A stretch of 64,000 nt of DNA from positions 5,659 to 69,658 of the forward strand of contig JAPOYD010000021.1 in NCBI GenBank assembly GCA_026706735.1, written 5' to 3'. Of this stretch, positions 1 to 12,013 are shown one piece after another. The position numbers and the translations under genes are program-made. Each line of letters begins with the position of its first letter. Within the stretch, counting starts at the first letter, position 1. The stretch is from Nitrospinota bacterium. GTDB taxonomy: Bacteria; UBA8248. The notes under the pieces are model-generated. The model searched no databases. It saw only the letters and a program-made list of their open reading frames with translations, and was not told where the DNA came from.

Positions 1-619
1 GAAGCCTTTCGGGGGAAACAGGATTCGCTTGGGCACAAACCCCATCGCCTGGGGGGTGCCTGCGGGGGATCAGGCCATCGTCATCGACGTAGCTACCACG
101 CAGCGCGCCGTCAGCCCCGCCATTCGCGCCAGCCGCGCGGGAGAGGCGATTCCGCCCGATTATTTTCTTGATGAAAACGGAGAGGTCATTTCCGGTCACG
201 TGCCGTACGACGAATTGCTCAAAGGCTCCGTTCTGCCTCTGGGGGGAATGCAGTTCGGCTACAAGGGCTCGGGCCTGGCCGTGCTGGTGGACCTGGACGG
301 CGTCATAGGCGGCGGCGCGACGGAACGCATTCCGACCCTGCGTGTTCAAGACGATGCCCGCATCACCCAGACGATAGAGGCCTGGAGGCTGGACGCGCTT
401 TATTCCATAGAGGATGCGAAGAACCGCCTGGCCGAGGCGGTGAGAGACATCAAAAGCTGCGGGAGGCCGGAGATGCTGCTACCCGGAGAGCGTGAGGCGC
501 GGAAAAAAGTGGACGCGGAGAAAAACGGCATCCCCTATGAAGCCAGCCAGTGGGATACGCTCAAAATGTTAGGAGACTGGCTGGGCGTCGAGCCGCCCGA
601 AGCCTATCAGCAGAACTAA
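1..619 (+). CDS. Ldh_2-family (malate/L-lactate/sulfolactate-type) dehydrogenase, C-terminal part. The 5' end lies outside the window.
   Basis: The frame is open from the window edge. The translation carries the Ldh_2 hallmark PLGG-x3-GYKGSGLA followed by a DLDGV segment. The stop is at 617-619. Confidence 0.6.
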   Translation, partial: KPFGGNRIRLGTNPIAWGVPAGDQAIVIDVATTQRAVSPAIRASRAGEAIPPDYFLDENGEVISGHVPYDELLKGSVLPLGGMQFGYKGSGLAVLVDLDGVIGGGATERIPTLRVQDDARITQTIEAWRLDALYSIEDAKNRLAEAVRDIKSCGRPEMLLPGEREARKKVDAEKNGIPYEASQWDTLKMLGDWLGVEPPEAYQQN

Positions 620-690
620 TCTGCTGAACAAGTTGTTTTCAGTGTTTCGACTATAGGGCACTCGCCGGAGTCGCATCCCCAAATTACCGT

Positions 691-1941
691 CTAATCGTTT
701 CGTTCCACGCGAACAGTTTCTATCTGCCGCTCGTTCGCCGATTGCACGGTGAGTGTCCAGCCTTCCAGGGATATGCCCTCTCCCTCTTTTGGAATCCGTT
801 CGAACCGCTCCAGAAGATAGCCCGACAACGTCTCGTAATCCCCCTCGGGAATGGGCAACTTGAGCGCCTCCCTCACATCTTCGACCTCCATGCGGGCATC
901 GACGAGGTATTGCTCCTCGCTCAATTTGTGGAACATACGGACTTCATCGACATCATACTCGTCGGCGATGTCGCCCACGATCTCCTCCACCAAATCCTCC
1001 ATCGTTACGATTCCGGTGCAGGCTCCGTATTCATCCACTACCACGGCCATCTTGTCATTTCGGCTCATCAACTCATCGAGAAGACTGTCGGCGGGCTTTG
1101 TTTCCGGCACGAAATAAGTGCTTCGGATGAGGCCTTCCTTATCCTTGAGGCGTCCTGCGGCGCCGGCCCCCAAGCCGAGAATATCCCTCGCGTGAACAAC
1201 GCCGATTATATGGTGCAGGTTTTCCCTGTAAATCAGAATTCTCGAGTGACCGTCGTCCTCGATTTTCTCGATTACCTCCTCCACCGTGCTCTCTTCGTCC
1301 ACCGCAGAGAGATCCACGATGGGCACCAGCACGTTTTCCATGTCCAACTCACCGAATGTGAAGATACGGCCTATCATCTGCCGTTCCAGAACCTGCACGT
1401 CCCCATCGCTTTGCTCTTCCATGAGGGCTTCAAGTTCCTGCCGGGTGACGAACGGTGTGCTCTCCCCATTGCGTGTCCCCAACCGCAAGGCGGTACCGAT
1501 GAGAGCGCTGATCAGCCACACCAAGGGATATACAAGCAGTCTGGCGCCCCAGACGACGCGCGCCAGCAAAGGGGCGAGCGTGTCGGCGCGAGCCTGGCAA
1601 TATCCCTTGGGAACCACTTCGCCGAACACAACGAGCACCGGAATCACCAGAGCGACCGAGAGCGCTTCCCCATACGCAGGACCGACGAAATTGATGGCAG
1701 CGATGGTGGCCAGGGAAACATTCGTCACAAAACTCGCGTTATGACAGGTGAGAATCGTGCCCATGAGCCATTCGGGTTTTTCCAGCAATGCCAAGGCGAG
1801 GGACGCTCCCCTATCCCCTTTTTCGGCCTTGGCGCGCAGACGGGCGCGATCCGCGGAGACGATGGCGATCTCAGCACCCGAGAATAACGCTTCCGACAGG
1901 AGCAGGATGAGGCCGATGACGATGACCGAGAAGATATCCAC
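691..1941 (-). CDS. HlyC/CorC (CNNM) family transporter with DUF21 transmembrane, CBS pair and CorC_HlyC domains.
   Basis: The N-terminus is hydrophobic (VDIFSVIVIGLILLLSEALFSGAEIAIVS), a CBS pair follows, and the C-terminal transporter-associated domain ends ...TLTVQSANERQIETVRVERND. A likely GTG start at 1941 abuts the stop of the upstream paralog. Confidence 0.8.
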   Translation of the reverse strand: MDIFSVIVIGLILLLSEALFSGAEIAIVSADRARLRAKAEKGDRGASLALALLEKPEWLMGTILTCHNASFVTNVSLATIAAINFVGPAYGEALSVALVIPVLVVFGEVVPKGYCQARADTLAPLLARVVWGARLLVYPLVWLISALIGTALRLGTRNGESTPFVTRQELEALMEEQSDGDVQVLERQMIGRIFTFGELDMENVLVPIVDLSAVDEESTVEEVIEKIEDDGHSRILIYRENLHHIIGVVHARDILGLGAGAAGRLKDKEGLIRSTYFVPETKPADSLLDELMSRNDKMAVVVDEYGACTGIVTMEDLVEEIVGDIADEYDVDEVRMFHKLSEEQYLVDARMEVEDVREALKLPIPEGDYETLSGYLLERFERIPKEGEGISLEGWTLTVQSANERQIETVRVERND

Positions 1942-1942
1942 T

Positions 1943-3214
1943 TCAGGCACCCTCCCGTCTTCGCGCACGCACCTGGAGAACACGGGAACCACTTGTCTCT
2001 ACAACCGTGAATTCCACGCTCCCCAGGCGAACCCGCTCATTCACAGAGGGCACATGGCCCAGTAGCGTGAAGACTGCACCGCCCAATGTGTTCGCCTCTT
2101 CATAGTCGGGCAGTTCCCAACCGCTCACCGCCGAGAATTCCGACAAAGGGACGCGGCCCTGGCACAGGAATGAATCTCCACCTTCCTGCGCAATCCAGGC
2201 TTCCTCGACTTCTTCGTGTTCATCCTTGATTTCGCCGAATATCTCCTCGAGCAGATCCGTCATCGACACCAAACCGAGGGTGCCCCCGAACTCGTCCTGA
2301 ACGATGGCGACATGGGTACGCTCATGCCGAAATCGCCGGAACAAGCGGTCGAGCTTCAACCCACCCGGAATGACGAGGGGAGTACGCAACATCTGTTTCG
2401 TAAGGCGCTCCTCAGGTGCGAAATTCTTTCGTCCCGCCTGACGCAGAAAATCCTTGACGTAAAGAATACCCACTATCTGATCCCTGTCTCCCTCGAAAAT
2501 CGGAATGCGCGAATGCGTGGCCGTACGAACGCGATCGATTACTTCGGCGATGGGCAGATTCATCTCCCAGCACTCCAGATCCGTACGGGGCACTGCCACG
2601 TCGGCCACGGTTCTATCGTGAAAGCCGAAAACATTGTGAATGAGTTCGCGCTCGCCTTCTTCAAGCTCGCCTTCGGCATGGCCCGCATCCACGAGATGCA
2701 GGAATTCGTCTTCCATGAGGATACTCTGCGGATCGCGGGGGGGTACCCCCATGCAGGAGAGCACGCCGTTCGCCACCTGCAAAAAGACCCACCGCAAAGG
2801 AGAGATAATGCGCGCGAAGCCGGATATGGGATACGCCAGGAATCGCGAGAATCGCTCCGGATACCGTGCCGCGAGGGATTTGGGCGTGATCTCGCCGAAT
2901 ACCATGAGTAGCGGCGTCATGAACACAGGAGCGAGCCACCTTTTCTCGGGCTCCAGGTAAGCCACCACGACGCCCGTGAACAGCGCAGAGGAAGCGATGT
3001 TCACGATTTCGTTGCCCATCAAAATAGAGGTGATCAATCGCCTGGGCCTGTCCAGAAGGTCGGATATCCTCTCTCCCATGCCGCCCTCCCGGCGCATGGC
3101 CCGCACCCTGGGACCCGGAAGGGAGAATAGCGCCGTCTCGCTGGCCGAGAATCCGGCGGAGCAGAGCATGAGGAAAACGAAGGCGATAAACCGGAAGAGC
3201 AGGTCGGCATCCAT
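1943..3214 (-). CDS. HlyC/CorC (CNNM) family transporter, tandem paralog.
   Basis: Same DUF21-CBS-CorC architecture (MDADLLFRFIAFVFLMLCSAGFSASETALFS..., CBS motifs, and a C-terminal transporter-associated domain). Confidence 0.8.
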   Translation of the reverse strand: MDADLLFRFIAFVFLMLCSAGFSASETALFSLPGPRVRAMRREGGMGERISDLLDRPRRLITSILMGNEIVNIASSALFTGVVVAYLEPEKRWLAPVFMTPLLMVFGEITPKSLAARYPERFSRFLAYPISGFARIISPLRWVFLQVANGVLSCMGVPPRDPQSILMEDEFLHLVDAGHAEGELEEGERELIHNVFGFHDRTVADVAVPRTDLECWEMNLPIAEVIDRVRTATHSRIPIFEGDRDQIVGILYVKDFLRQAGRKNFAPEERLTKQMLRTPLVIPGGLKLDRLFRRFRHERTHVAIVQDEFGGTLGLVSMTDLLEEIFGEIKDEHEEVEEAWIAQEGGDSFLCQGRVPLSEFSAVSGWELPDYEEANTLGGAVFTLLGHVPSVNERVRLGSVEFTVVETSGSRVLQVRARRREGA

Positions 3215-3290
3215 CAGTCAATGCCTCCCGGCTGATCGGTACGAAGATGTATGAGCCCCGGAGGTTCGGGGTCAGGCGCAGGTTCTTCCG

Positions 3291-4172
3291 CTACCATGAG
3301 GCTGTCAATCTCCTTAAATAATTTCGAAATGCGGGGCCGATATCCTCACGATCCAGTGCGAACTCGACCGTTGCCTCCAAAAAACCAAGTTTATCGCCTG
3401 CGTCAAAGCGCTTTCCTTCATACTCATAGGCGTAAAGCCTGGTATGTTCCAGCAGACCCCGCAACCCGTCGGTGAGCTGAATCTCTCCTTTCGCATCCGG
3501 CCTCACGCGTTCGAGCACCGAGAAAATTTCCGGCGGCAAAACGTAGCGGCCGATGATGGCGACGTCTGAGGGCGCATCTTCCGGCTTTGGCTTTTCCACC
3601 ATCCCCTTGAGCGGCGTGACGCCCGGGGCGGGCGACGGCTCGCCGGAAGGATCGATGACGCCGTATTTGGAGAGCGCGTGCTTTTCGACCCGCAGCCCCG
3701 CGACCACGCCGCCGCCATGCGCATCGAACACACGCACCAACTGGCCGATGGCGGGCTCTTCGCTCCTGATAACGTCATCGGACAATATGACGGCGAAAGG
3801 CTCATCTCCCACGGCCGGCTTCGCGCACCAGATTGCATGGCCCAGCCCCAAAGGTCTCTTTTGGCGGATGGACGTGATACGCGCTTTTTGCGAAATTTCC
3901 TCTACCACGGCTAGCAATCTTTCCTCACCCCTGTCGCGCAGATAGGATTCCACCTCGAACGCCACATCAAAGTGGTCCACCATCGAAACCTTTCCGCGGC
4001 CGGTGATGAAGACGATCTCCTCGATGCCGGCGTCCAGGGCCTCCTGCACGCCGAACTGGATTTGCGGAATGTCCACGATGGGGAGCATCTCTTTCGGGAT
4101 CACCTTGGTGGCGGGCAAAAACCGCGTACCGAGTCCCGCCACAGGAAAAACAGCCTTGCGAACCCGGCTCAT
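3291..4172 (-). CDS. galU: UTP--glucose-1-phosphate uridylyltransferase.
   Basis: The N-terminal motif AVFPVAGLGTRFLPATK..PKEMLPIV is typical of GalU and the length is about 290 aa. Confidence 0.9.
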   Translation of the reverse strand: MSRVRKAVFPVAGLGTRFLPATKVIPKEMLPIVDIPQIQFGVQEALDAGIEEIVFITGRGKVSMVDHFDVAFEVESYLRDRGEERLLAVVEEISQKARITSIRQKRPLGLGHAIWCAKPAVGDEPFAVILSDDVIRSEEPAIGQLVRVFDAHGGGVVAGLRVEKHALSKYGVIDPSGEPSPAPGVTPLKGMVEKPKPEDAPSDVAIIGRYVLPPEIFSVLERVRPDAKGEIQLTDGLRGLLEHTRLYAYEYEGKRFDAGDKLGFLEATVEFALDREDIGPAFRNYLRRLTASW

Positions 4173-4260
4173 GAGAAGGTTCCCATGAGAATAAAGATGT
4201 GTCGGTGCGCGTGATTACGTGACATTTGCCCTAGATCATAAAAAAAGGCGCAAGCCGAGG

Positions 4261-6360
<2,100 letters not shown>

Positions 6361-7377
6361 TCAGAGCGATTCGAGGCGCTTTCGGGCTGTGGACGCCGCG
6401 CTCGAATCCGGATATTTGGCAATCACCTGGCCAAGCAACTCCCGGGCGCTCGCGCGATCTTCTATGTTCAAAAACGAGAGCGCCTCCAGAAGAAGGGCCT
6501 CCGGCGCCTTGTCTCCGTTCGCGTAATCGACCTGCACCTTGTTGAACGCCAGGATGGCGCGTTCGAAATTCTTCTCCTGAAAATAGGACTGCCCTATCCA
6601 GTACTGCGCATCATCCGCTAACTCATGCGTGGGATATTTGGAGATGAACCCATTCAGCAGACCGCGCGCCTTCGCGAAATTTCTCTCATCGCGCAAGACG
6701 CGAATGGCCTGGGTGTAGTCTTCTTCCGGATCGGGGAGTCTCGGTGCGGGCGCAGGCTTCTGGGGTCGACTTGCAGGCTCTTTGGGAATGACGGCAACCC
6801 GCGCGTCTGCAACGGGCTGACCCGCTGCCTGAGCGTCCTGGCTTAGCGGCAAGCCTACGGACGCAATCCGAGGGTTGGCAGGAGGAATGCCCACAGGCGA
6901 CATTCGTGACGGCGCACCCACCGCCGTGACGACAACCTCCACTTTTTTCTGCGCAGCCACCAGGGGAGGCTTCGAGCGCAACTGGCTCACCTCATTTTCG
7001 AGCTTTTCGACCCGCTCCGTAAGTTTCGCGATTACTTCTTCGGCTTTTTCGAGAGACTTCTCGGAATCCTTACGGGCGCGTTCGACCTCGTCCGTGACTC
7101 CCTGAATGGCCTGGCGCGCTTCCTCGATGCGCTGCTCCTGGTTCCGCATCCCGCGTCTGAGCCCTTGCAGATTCTGCTCGATCGCCGCAACGTCGTCCGA
7201 TAAATTCTGCGCGGCGGCTTGAACGGACGGGGCGGGGCGAGGCGGTGAACTCGTTCCCGAGATGACTGCTCCACCAGGGTCGCCCGCAGGTGAGTTCGCC
7301 TCGGGGCAACCGAGCAAAACAAGAGAGAGCGCCGCCAACGCGAATGCCTGAAGTCTGGATGCCTTGAAAGTTTTCAT
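6361..7377 (-). CDS. cpoB: Tol-Pal system protein CpoB/YbgF (coiled coil plus C-terminal TPR).
   Basis: Signal peptide, a coiled-coil stretch (EQNLQGLRRGMRNQEQRIEEARQ...), and a C-terminal YbgF-type TPR (NFERAILAFNKVQVDYANGDKAPEALL...). It lies immediately downstream of pal. Confidence 0.8.
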   Translation of the reverse strand: MKTFKASRLQAFALAALSLVLLGCPEANSPAGDPGGAVISGTSSPPRPAPSVQAAAQNLSDDVAAIEQNLQGLRRGMRNQEQRIEEARQAIQGVTDEVERARKDSEKSLEKAEEVIAKLTERVEKLENEVSQLRSKPPLVAAQKKVEVVVTAVGAPSRMSPVGIPPANPRIASVGLPLSQDAQAAGQPVADARVAVIPKEPASRPQKPAPAPRLPDPEEDYTQAIRVLRDERNFAKARGLLNGFISKYPTHELADDAQYWIGQSYFQEKNFERAILAFNKVQVDYANGDKAPEALLLEALSFLNIEDRASARELLGQVIAKYPDSSAASTARKRLESL

Positions 7378-7445
7378 AAAGAAAAACTCCCCGGCGGCCT
7401 ATGCCGACGGGGAGCCCTTTTCTTTTGCGCAGGACTGCCGGGCGA

Positions 7446-8036
7446 CTAGTTCATGCCCGCCGGAATGCCGCCGATGACGTTGAATTTCGCTCGCCGATTC
7501 TTGGCCCATCCCGCCTCGTTGGAACGCGAGTCGGCCGGACGCTCCTCGCCATAGCTCACCGTATCGACCCGGGAAGGCTTGACGCCGAGCGACACGAGAT
7601 AATCCTTGGAACTCTGTGAGCGCCGATGCCCGAGCGCGATGTTGTATTCCACCGTTCCACGCTCGTCGCAATGCCCCTCGACCTGTACCCGAATACTCGG
7701 GAACTCCTGCAGGAAGCGGGCCTTGGCATCCAGGATCCCGCGCATGTCGGGGCGAATTTCCGATTTGTCGAAATCGAAGTACACCAGATCGTTTTCAAAC
7801 GCGGCCATCGAGCGCTTGAAAGCGGCGCGCTTGCGACGACGCTCCGCCTCCGTCACGTCCATTTCCTTTTTCTTCATGGGTTTGGGAGGTGGCTTTTTTC
7901 TCACCATGGGAGCCGGCGGCTTGGGCGGCGGTAGTTCTTCGGTTTCCACCGTTTGTTTCACGCAACCTACGGCGAATATGAGCATCGCAGCCATCAACAA
8001 GGATTGAGAAGATTTAACACGGCCCGATAACAACAT
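7446..8036 (-). CDS. pal: Peptidoglycan-associated lipoprotein Pal (OmpA family).
   Basis: A lipobox (LIFAVGC) and an OmpA-like domain (VYFDFDKSEIRP...HCDERGTVEYNIALGHRRSQ...). The start is moved to the internal ATG at 8036, ahead of the signal peptide. Confidence 0.85.
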   Translation of the reverse strand: MLLSGRVKSSQSLLMAAMLIFAVGCVKQTVETEELPPPKPPAPMVRKKPPPKPMKKKEMDVTEAERRRKRAAFKRSMAAFENDLVYFDFDKSEIRPDMRGILDAKARFLQEFPSIRVQVEGHCDERGTVEYNIALGHRRSQSSKDYLVSLGVKPSRVDTVSYGEERPADSRSNEAGWAKNRRAKFNVIGGIPAGMN

Positions 8037-8223
8037 GCAGACATCCCCCTCGGAGTCTTTAGTTCGTATGTGTTCAGAGTGAGAAGCGTGATAAACCACG
8101 GAGCGGAAACTCTTCCCCTCTTCATTCATCCACAGACATATGCAGGCGAAGTATAAAGGGCGAATGCGCGATGAGCAAGCCCGTTTCCTGTTTTTTGAGA
8201 GATATTTCCCGATTTTCAGAATT

Positions 8224-9540
8224 TCATCTCGAGGTGGGCGACCAGGCGGGCTCCTGTCCGGGCTGAAGGCGCTTGAGTTGCGTGCCTGCGGAGGTCATCA
8301 CGTATACATATTTCCGGCCGGTCCGATCGGAGGAAAAGGCGATGTGCCGGCCGTCGGGAGACCAGGTGGGCGATTCGTTGCGGCCCTGGCTGCCCGTGAG
8401 GCGGCGCACGTCTCTGCCGTCGGGGGTCATGGTGACGATGTCGATTTCCTTGCCCTTCTTGATGCGGCTCGTCAGGGCGATTCTGTCCCCCCGGGGGCTC
8501 CACTCGGGTTCGGTATTGTATTTTCTCGTGTATTTTCCTTTGTACGTGATGCGCCTGGGGCCCGAGCCATCCACGTTCATGACGTAGATGTGGGGATTGC
8601 CCGAACGGCTCGAGGTGAAGGCGATTTTCTTGCCGTCCGGCGAGAAGGTGGGAGACACGTCGATCCCGAAGCTCCGCGTGAGCCTTCTCTTCACGCGGGT
8701 GCGCAAATCGTAGCGGAAAATCTCGTAGTTTCGCCCCACGAACTCCGAATACGCGAAATAGCGCGAATTCGGAGAAAAAGCGCCTCCGATGGCCTGCGCT
8801 CGAGACGAACTCACCTTGAACTCGCGCGCCCCGTTCGTGGGCAGCAGAAACACGCCGGGGGGCCTGGATTTGAACGAAGAATACGCCATCCACCTTCCGT
8901 CCGGAGACCATGCGGGCGTGTTGTTCCCCATGCCGTTGCGCGTCACGCGCCTGAGTTCGGCGCCATCCCAGTCCATGATGTAGATCTCTCCGCGCTCCTT
9001 GAGCGAACGCCTCGAAACGAAAGCGATTTGCGTGTCGAATACTCCCTTCTCGCCCGTGAAGCGCTCGACCACTGCGTTGGCGAACCTGTGCGCCAGCAAA
9101 CGCCAGCCGCTCCTGGGGTAGCGATACCGCTTGCCGAGTTCCTGGGCGGAGCGGAGCGTGTCGTACAGGTAGACTTCCGCGGTGATGGTTTTTCCCGAAA
9201 TGGTGTAGCCGCCCTTGATGAGATACTCCACCTTGACGACCTTGCTCCAGTCGGAGAAGCGCTGCTCGTCCCTTCGAATCCCCGCGCGCATGGGGTTCTC
9301 GAGATAGCCCTTGCGGTTGGGTATGAAGAACAGGCCGCTACGCTTCAGATCTGATTCGATGACCTGCGCCATCTTGAGGCCCAGCGGGTCGCGCCCGGTA
9401 TCCTGGGGGCGAAACTCAGGGATAGCCAATCGTATCTTTCTGGCCGTGGGAGAATAGATATCGATGAACACGCGCGCGGCGTCCGCAGCCTGAGGCCAAG
9501 AGAAAATCATGATGATGAGAAAAACCGCCCGACGAAGCAT
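8224..9540 (-). CDS. tolB: Tol-Pal system beta-propeller protein TolB.
   Basis: An N-terminal TolB domain followed by repeated WD40-like/PD40 repeats (PAWSPDGRWMAYSS, PTFSPDGKKIAFTS, PTWSPDGRHIAFSS). The start is taken at MLRRAVFLIIM, the signal peptide. Confidence 0.9.
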   Translation of the reverse strand: MLRRAVFLIIMIFSWPQAADAARVFIDIYSPTARKIRLAIPEFRPQDTGRDPLGLKMAQVIESDLKRSGLFFIPNRKGYLENPMRAGIRRDEQRFSDWSKVVKVEYLIKGGYTISGKTITAEVYLYDTLRSAQELGKRYRYPRSGWRLLAHRFANAVVERFTGEKGVFDTQIAFVSRRSLKERGEIYIMDWDGAELRRVTRNGMGNNTPAWSPDGRWMAYSSFKSRPPGVFLLPTNGAREFKVSSSRAQAIGGAFSPNSRYFAYSEFVGRNYEIFRYDLRTRVKRRLTRSFGIDVSPTFSPDGKKIAFTSSRSGNPHIYVMNVDGSGPRRITYKGKYTRKYNTEPEWSPRGDRIALTSRIKKGKEIDIVTMTPDGRDVRRLTGSQGRNESPTWSPDGRHIAFSSDRTGRKYVYVMTSAGTQLKRLQPGQEPAWSPTSR

Positions 9541-9584
9541 CCGGCCCTCCCGCTTGTATGGTCTGTTTTGATTTTTTTCTCGCA

Positions 9585-10637
9585 TCAACGGCAAAAATCC
9601 ATTCCGCAGAACCGGAAACCGAGGTAAAGCCAATTTTCCTTTATCGTATCGGGCGGCTTGGGCAGGGAGGGCTCGGCGGCCCGCTGCACGGCGCGCAGCG
9701 CCGCCTGATCGTAAATGTGGTTCCCGCTATAGCGCACGACCCGCAAATTGCGGTAATTCCCCCCTCGGTCCACGTCTATCGTGACGTCGGTCTTGAGTCG
9801 GCTCAAATCCGCAATACCGGGCGGCACCGTCCAGAAACCCCGGATGCGCTCCGCCAATAGCCCATAATATCGCTCCGCGTCCGTTCGCGCGACGCCGCCG
9901 CTGCCGCCCGCACGGCTGCCGCCGCCCTGGCCGTCGCCTCCCCCTTCGCCTGCGTATCCCTTCAAGGGCCCCTGGCTCCTGGGCGCGAGATCCGCCTTGG
10001 CGAGGCGATCATCGCTCATCCAATCATCACGAGGGCGTTTTTTCTTTTGAACCGGCGCGTTTTTTTCGTTTTTCTTGAAACGATTGCGCCAGCGCCTGGC
10101 GCGCGCACGGCGATCGCGTATCCGCTTGAGACGCGCCTCGCGAACGCGGTCACGCTTTTTCTTTTTCCGCACAATCTGTTTGCTTTTCTTGGCCTTGATG
10201 CGCCGGACTTCCTTAGGAGGCGTTTTCTTCCTGACGACCTTTTTCTTCTTCACCTTGGCGGGCGCGGGTTTTTTCCTGGGCGCTGCTATCTTCCTCGTCC
10301 CTTCGTCCGGCCCTTTTCGAGGCGTGGGCGCTTCCATGTCCTCGGGCCGATCGCCGGATTTTCCCAGCGCCGAACCGCCCGGAATTTCATCCGCTCCGAC
10401 CAGGCTGACGGCCGTTCCGCTTCCGAAAAACCGGTATTTCGGCTGAGAGGGCGCCAGACTCACCCAGACGAAGAGCGCCGCGTGCAAAACGACGGAAGCC
10501 GCCAGCGCCCGGAGAAAACGGCGGTCGCGGAGCAACCCGCCCCCGTTGCCGTTCGCGTCCCGAAGGCCCGCGCCCGAGCGGGGTGAACGTGGGCCGGATG
10601 AATTGGAATCTTGCGAGAACTCCGGTTGTTTATTCAT
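9585..10637 (-). CDS. tolA: TolA/TonB-family cell-envelope protein (TolA by position).
   Basis: An N-terminal transmembrane anchor, a Lys/Arg/Pro-rich extended linker, and a C-terminal TonB/TolA-like domain. It sits between tolR and tolB. Confidence 0.6.
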   Translation of the reverse strand: MNKQPEFSQDSNSSGPRSPRSGAGLRDANGNGGGLLRDRRFLRALAASVVLHAALFVWVSLAPSQPKYRFFGSGTAVSLVGADEIPGGSALGKSGDRPEDMEAPTPRKGPDEGTRKIAAPRKKPAPAKVKKKKVVRKKTPPKEVRRIKAKKSKQIVRKKKKRDRVREARLKRIRDRRARARRWRNRFKKNEKNAPVQKKKRPRDDWMSDDRLAKADLAPRSQGPLKGYAGEGGGDGQGGGSRAGGSGGVARTDAERYYGLLAERIRGFWTVPPGIADLSRLKTDVTIDVDRGGNYRNLRVVRYSGNHIYDQAALRAVQRAAEPSLPKPPDTIKENWLYLGFRFCGMDFCR

Positions 10638-10652
10638 GAGACCACTGACTTT

Positions 10653-11093
10653 TCAGCGTCTGCGCCGACCGCCCCGAGAGGATTCCAGGGGGTCGGTTAC
10701 CATGTTGAGACGGCCTATGCCCGCCGCGCGAATGATGGCCATGACCTTTACGACTTCGCCATAAGGAACCGCGCGATCCGCCCTGAGAAAGATTTCCTTG
10801 CGCTTCCTGTCCTTGAAGAGCACCGTGAGCTTCTCCTTGAGCTCTGAGGCGACCAGCAGGTTATCATTTATATACATGTCGCGCTTTTTGTCCAACGTGA
10901 TGACGACGGCGTCCTCGGCCACGTTCGACTTCGCCGCCTGCACCTGCGGCAAATCCACGTTCACGGCCCGGTTCTGGGTCTCCAGCAGGGGCGCCGTAAC
11001 CATGAAAATCACCAGCAAAACCAGCATCACGTCCACGAGCGGCGTGACGTTGATGTCAGAGATGCTCGAACCACGATTCAGCTTAACGGCCAC
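10653..11093 (-). CDS. tolR: Biopolymer transport protein TolR (ExbD family).
   Basis: A single transmembrane segment plus an ExbD fold (INVTPLVDVMLVLLVIFMVTAP...). It is about 146 aa. Confidence 0.85.
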   Translation of the reverse strand: MAVKLNRGSSISDINVTPLVDVMLVLLVIFMVTAPLLETQNRAVNVDLPQVQAAKSNVAEDAVVITLDKKRDMYINDNLLVASELKEKLTVLFKDRKRKEIFLRADRAVPYGEVVKVMAIIRAAGIGRLNMVTDPLESSRGGRRRR

Positions 11094-11108
11094 GGGAGGC
11101 TCCGCTCG

Positions 11109-11798
11109 TCATAAACGCATAAAATGGCGGTCGACCAGGTTGAGGAAATCCGCCGTAAAGTTTTCGATTTCATCCGCGATCACCTTCACGCGGCCCTGGT
11201 AATGATTATAGGCGATCACGGCGGGGATGGCCGCCAGCAACCCGAGCGCCGTGGCGATGAGCGCCTCGCTGATGCCCGGTGCTACGACGGCGAGCCCGGC
11301 GGAACCCCTGGCGCCAATCTCGCGAAACGAATTCATGATGCCCCACACCGTGCCGAAGAGCCCGATGAAAGGCGTGGCGCTCGCCGTAGTGGCCAGAAAG
11401 GTCAACATGCGTTCAAGCCTGCTCACCTGCTCGTTCGCTGCGCGCCTCAGCGCGCGCTCAACGCTCTCCACCCCCGTCATTTCCGAGGTGAGAACGCTCG
11501 AATCCTCCTCCCCCTCCCGCGAGCGCGTTTTCAGCACCTGTTCGGCTTCCTGGTAACCCGCGGCGAACACCTCGCCCACCGGGCTGCTCTCGTGCTCGGC
11601 GAGCTCCGCGTACAGCCTGTCGAGGCGCTTGGAGCGCCAAAAAGCATCGACGAACTGCGCCGAGCGCCGCCTCGCTCCCCGAAGCTCCCAAAACTTCCAG
11701 ATGATGATGGCCCAGGAAGAGAGCGAGAAAAAAACGAGCACCAGCAAAACGAAAAACACCATGCCGCCCGATTGGGTGGCGAGGGTGATGACGTCCAT
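11109..11798 (-). CDS. tolQ: TolQ (MotA/TolQ/ExbB proton channel).
   Basis: Three transmembrane segments and the conserved MotA_ExbB C-terminus (ATTASATPFIGLFGTVWGIM). The start is trimmed to the internal ATG (MDVITLATQSGG...) at 11798. The longer ORF prefix lacks TolQ similarity. Confidence 0.85.
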   Translation of the reverse strand: MDVITLATQSGGMVFFVLLVLVFFSLSSWAIIIWKFWELRGARRRSAQFVDAFWRSKRLDRLYAELAEHESSPVGEVFAAGYQEAEQVLKTRSREGEEDSSVLTSEMTGVESVERALRRAANEQVSRLERMLTFLATTASATPFIGLFGTVWGIMNSFREIGARGSAGLAVVAPGISEALIATALGLLAAIPAVIAYNHYQGRVKVIADEIENFTADFLNLVDRHFMRL

Positions 11799-12013
11799 TT
11801 CTTCTTGAAGCGATGCAATCGGCGCGGATTCGCCCGTCGGCAACGCGGCCGCGGCCAAAAACGGGAGCAAGTCGATTCTCCTTCTGGGCGGAGCGTGCAG
11901 TATCGCCCCTTTCACGATCCTCGTCAATCCAAACGGGTCGACGCAAATCGTTGACATCTCCTTGAAAGGCTGGTGATAATGAGCCTCTCGCCCCCCTTGG
12001 AGACGTAGCCTGA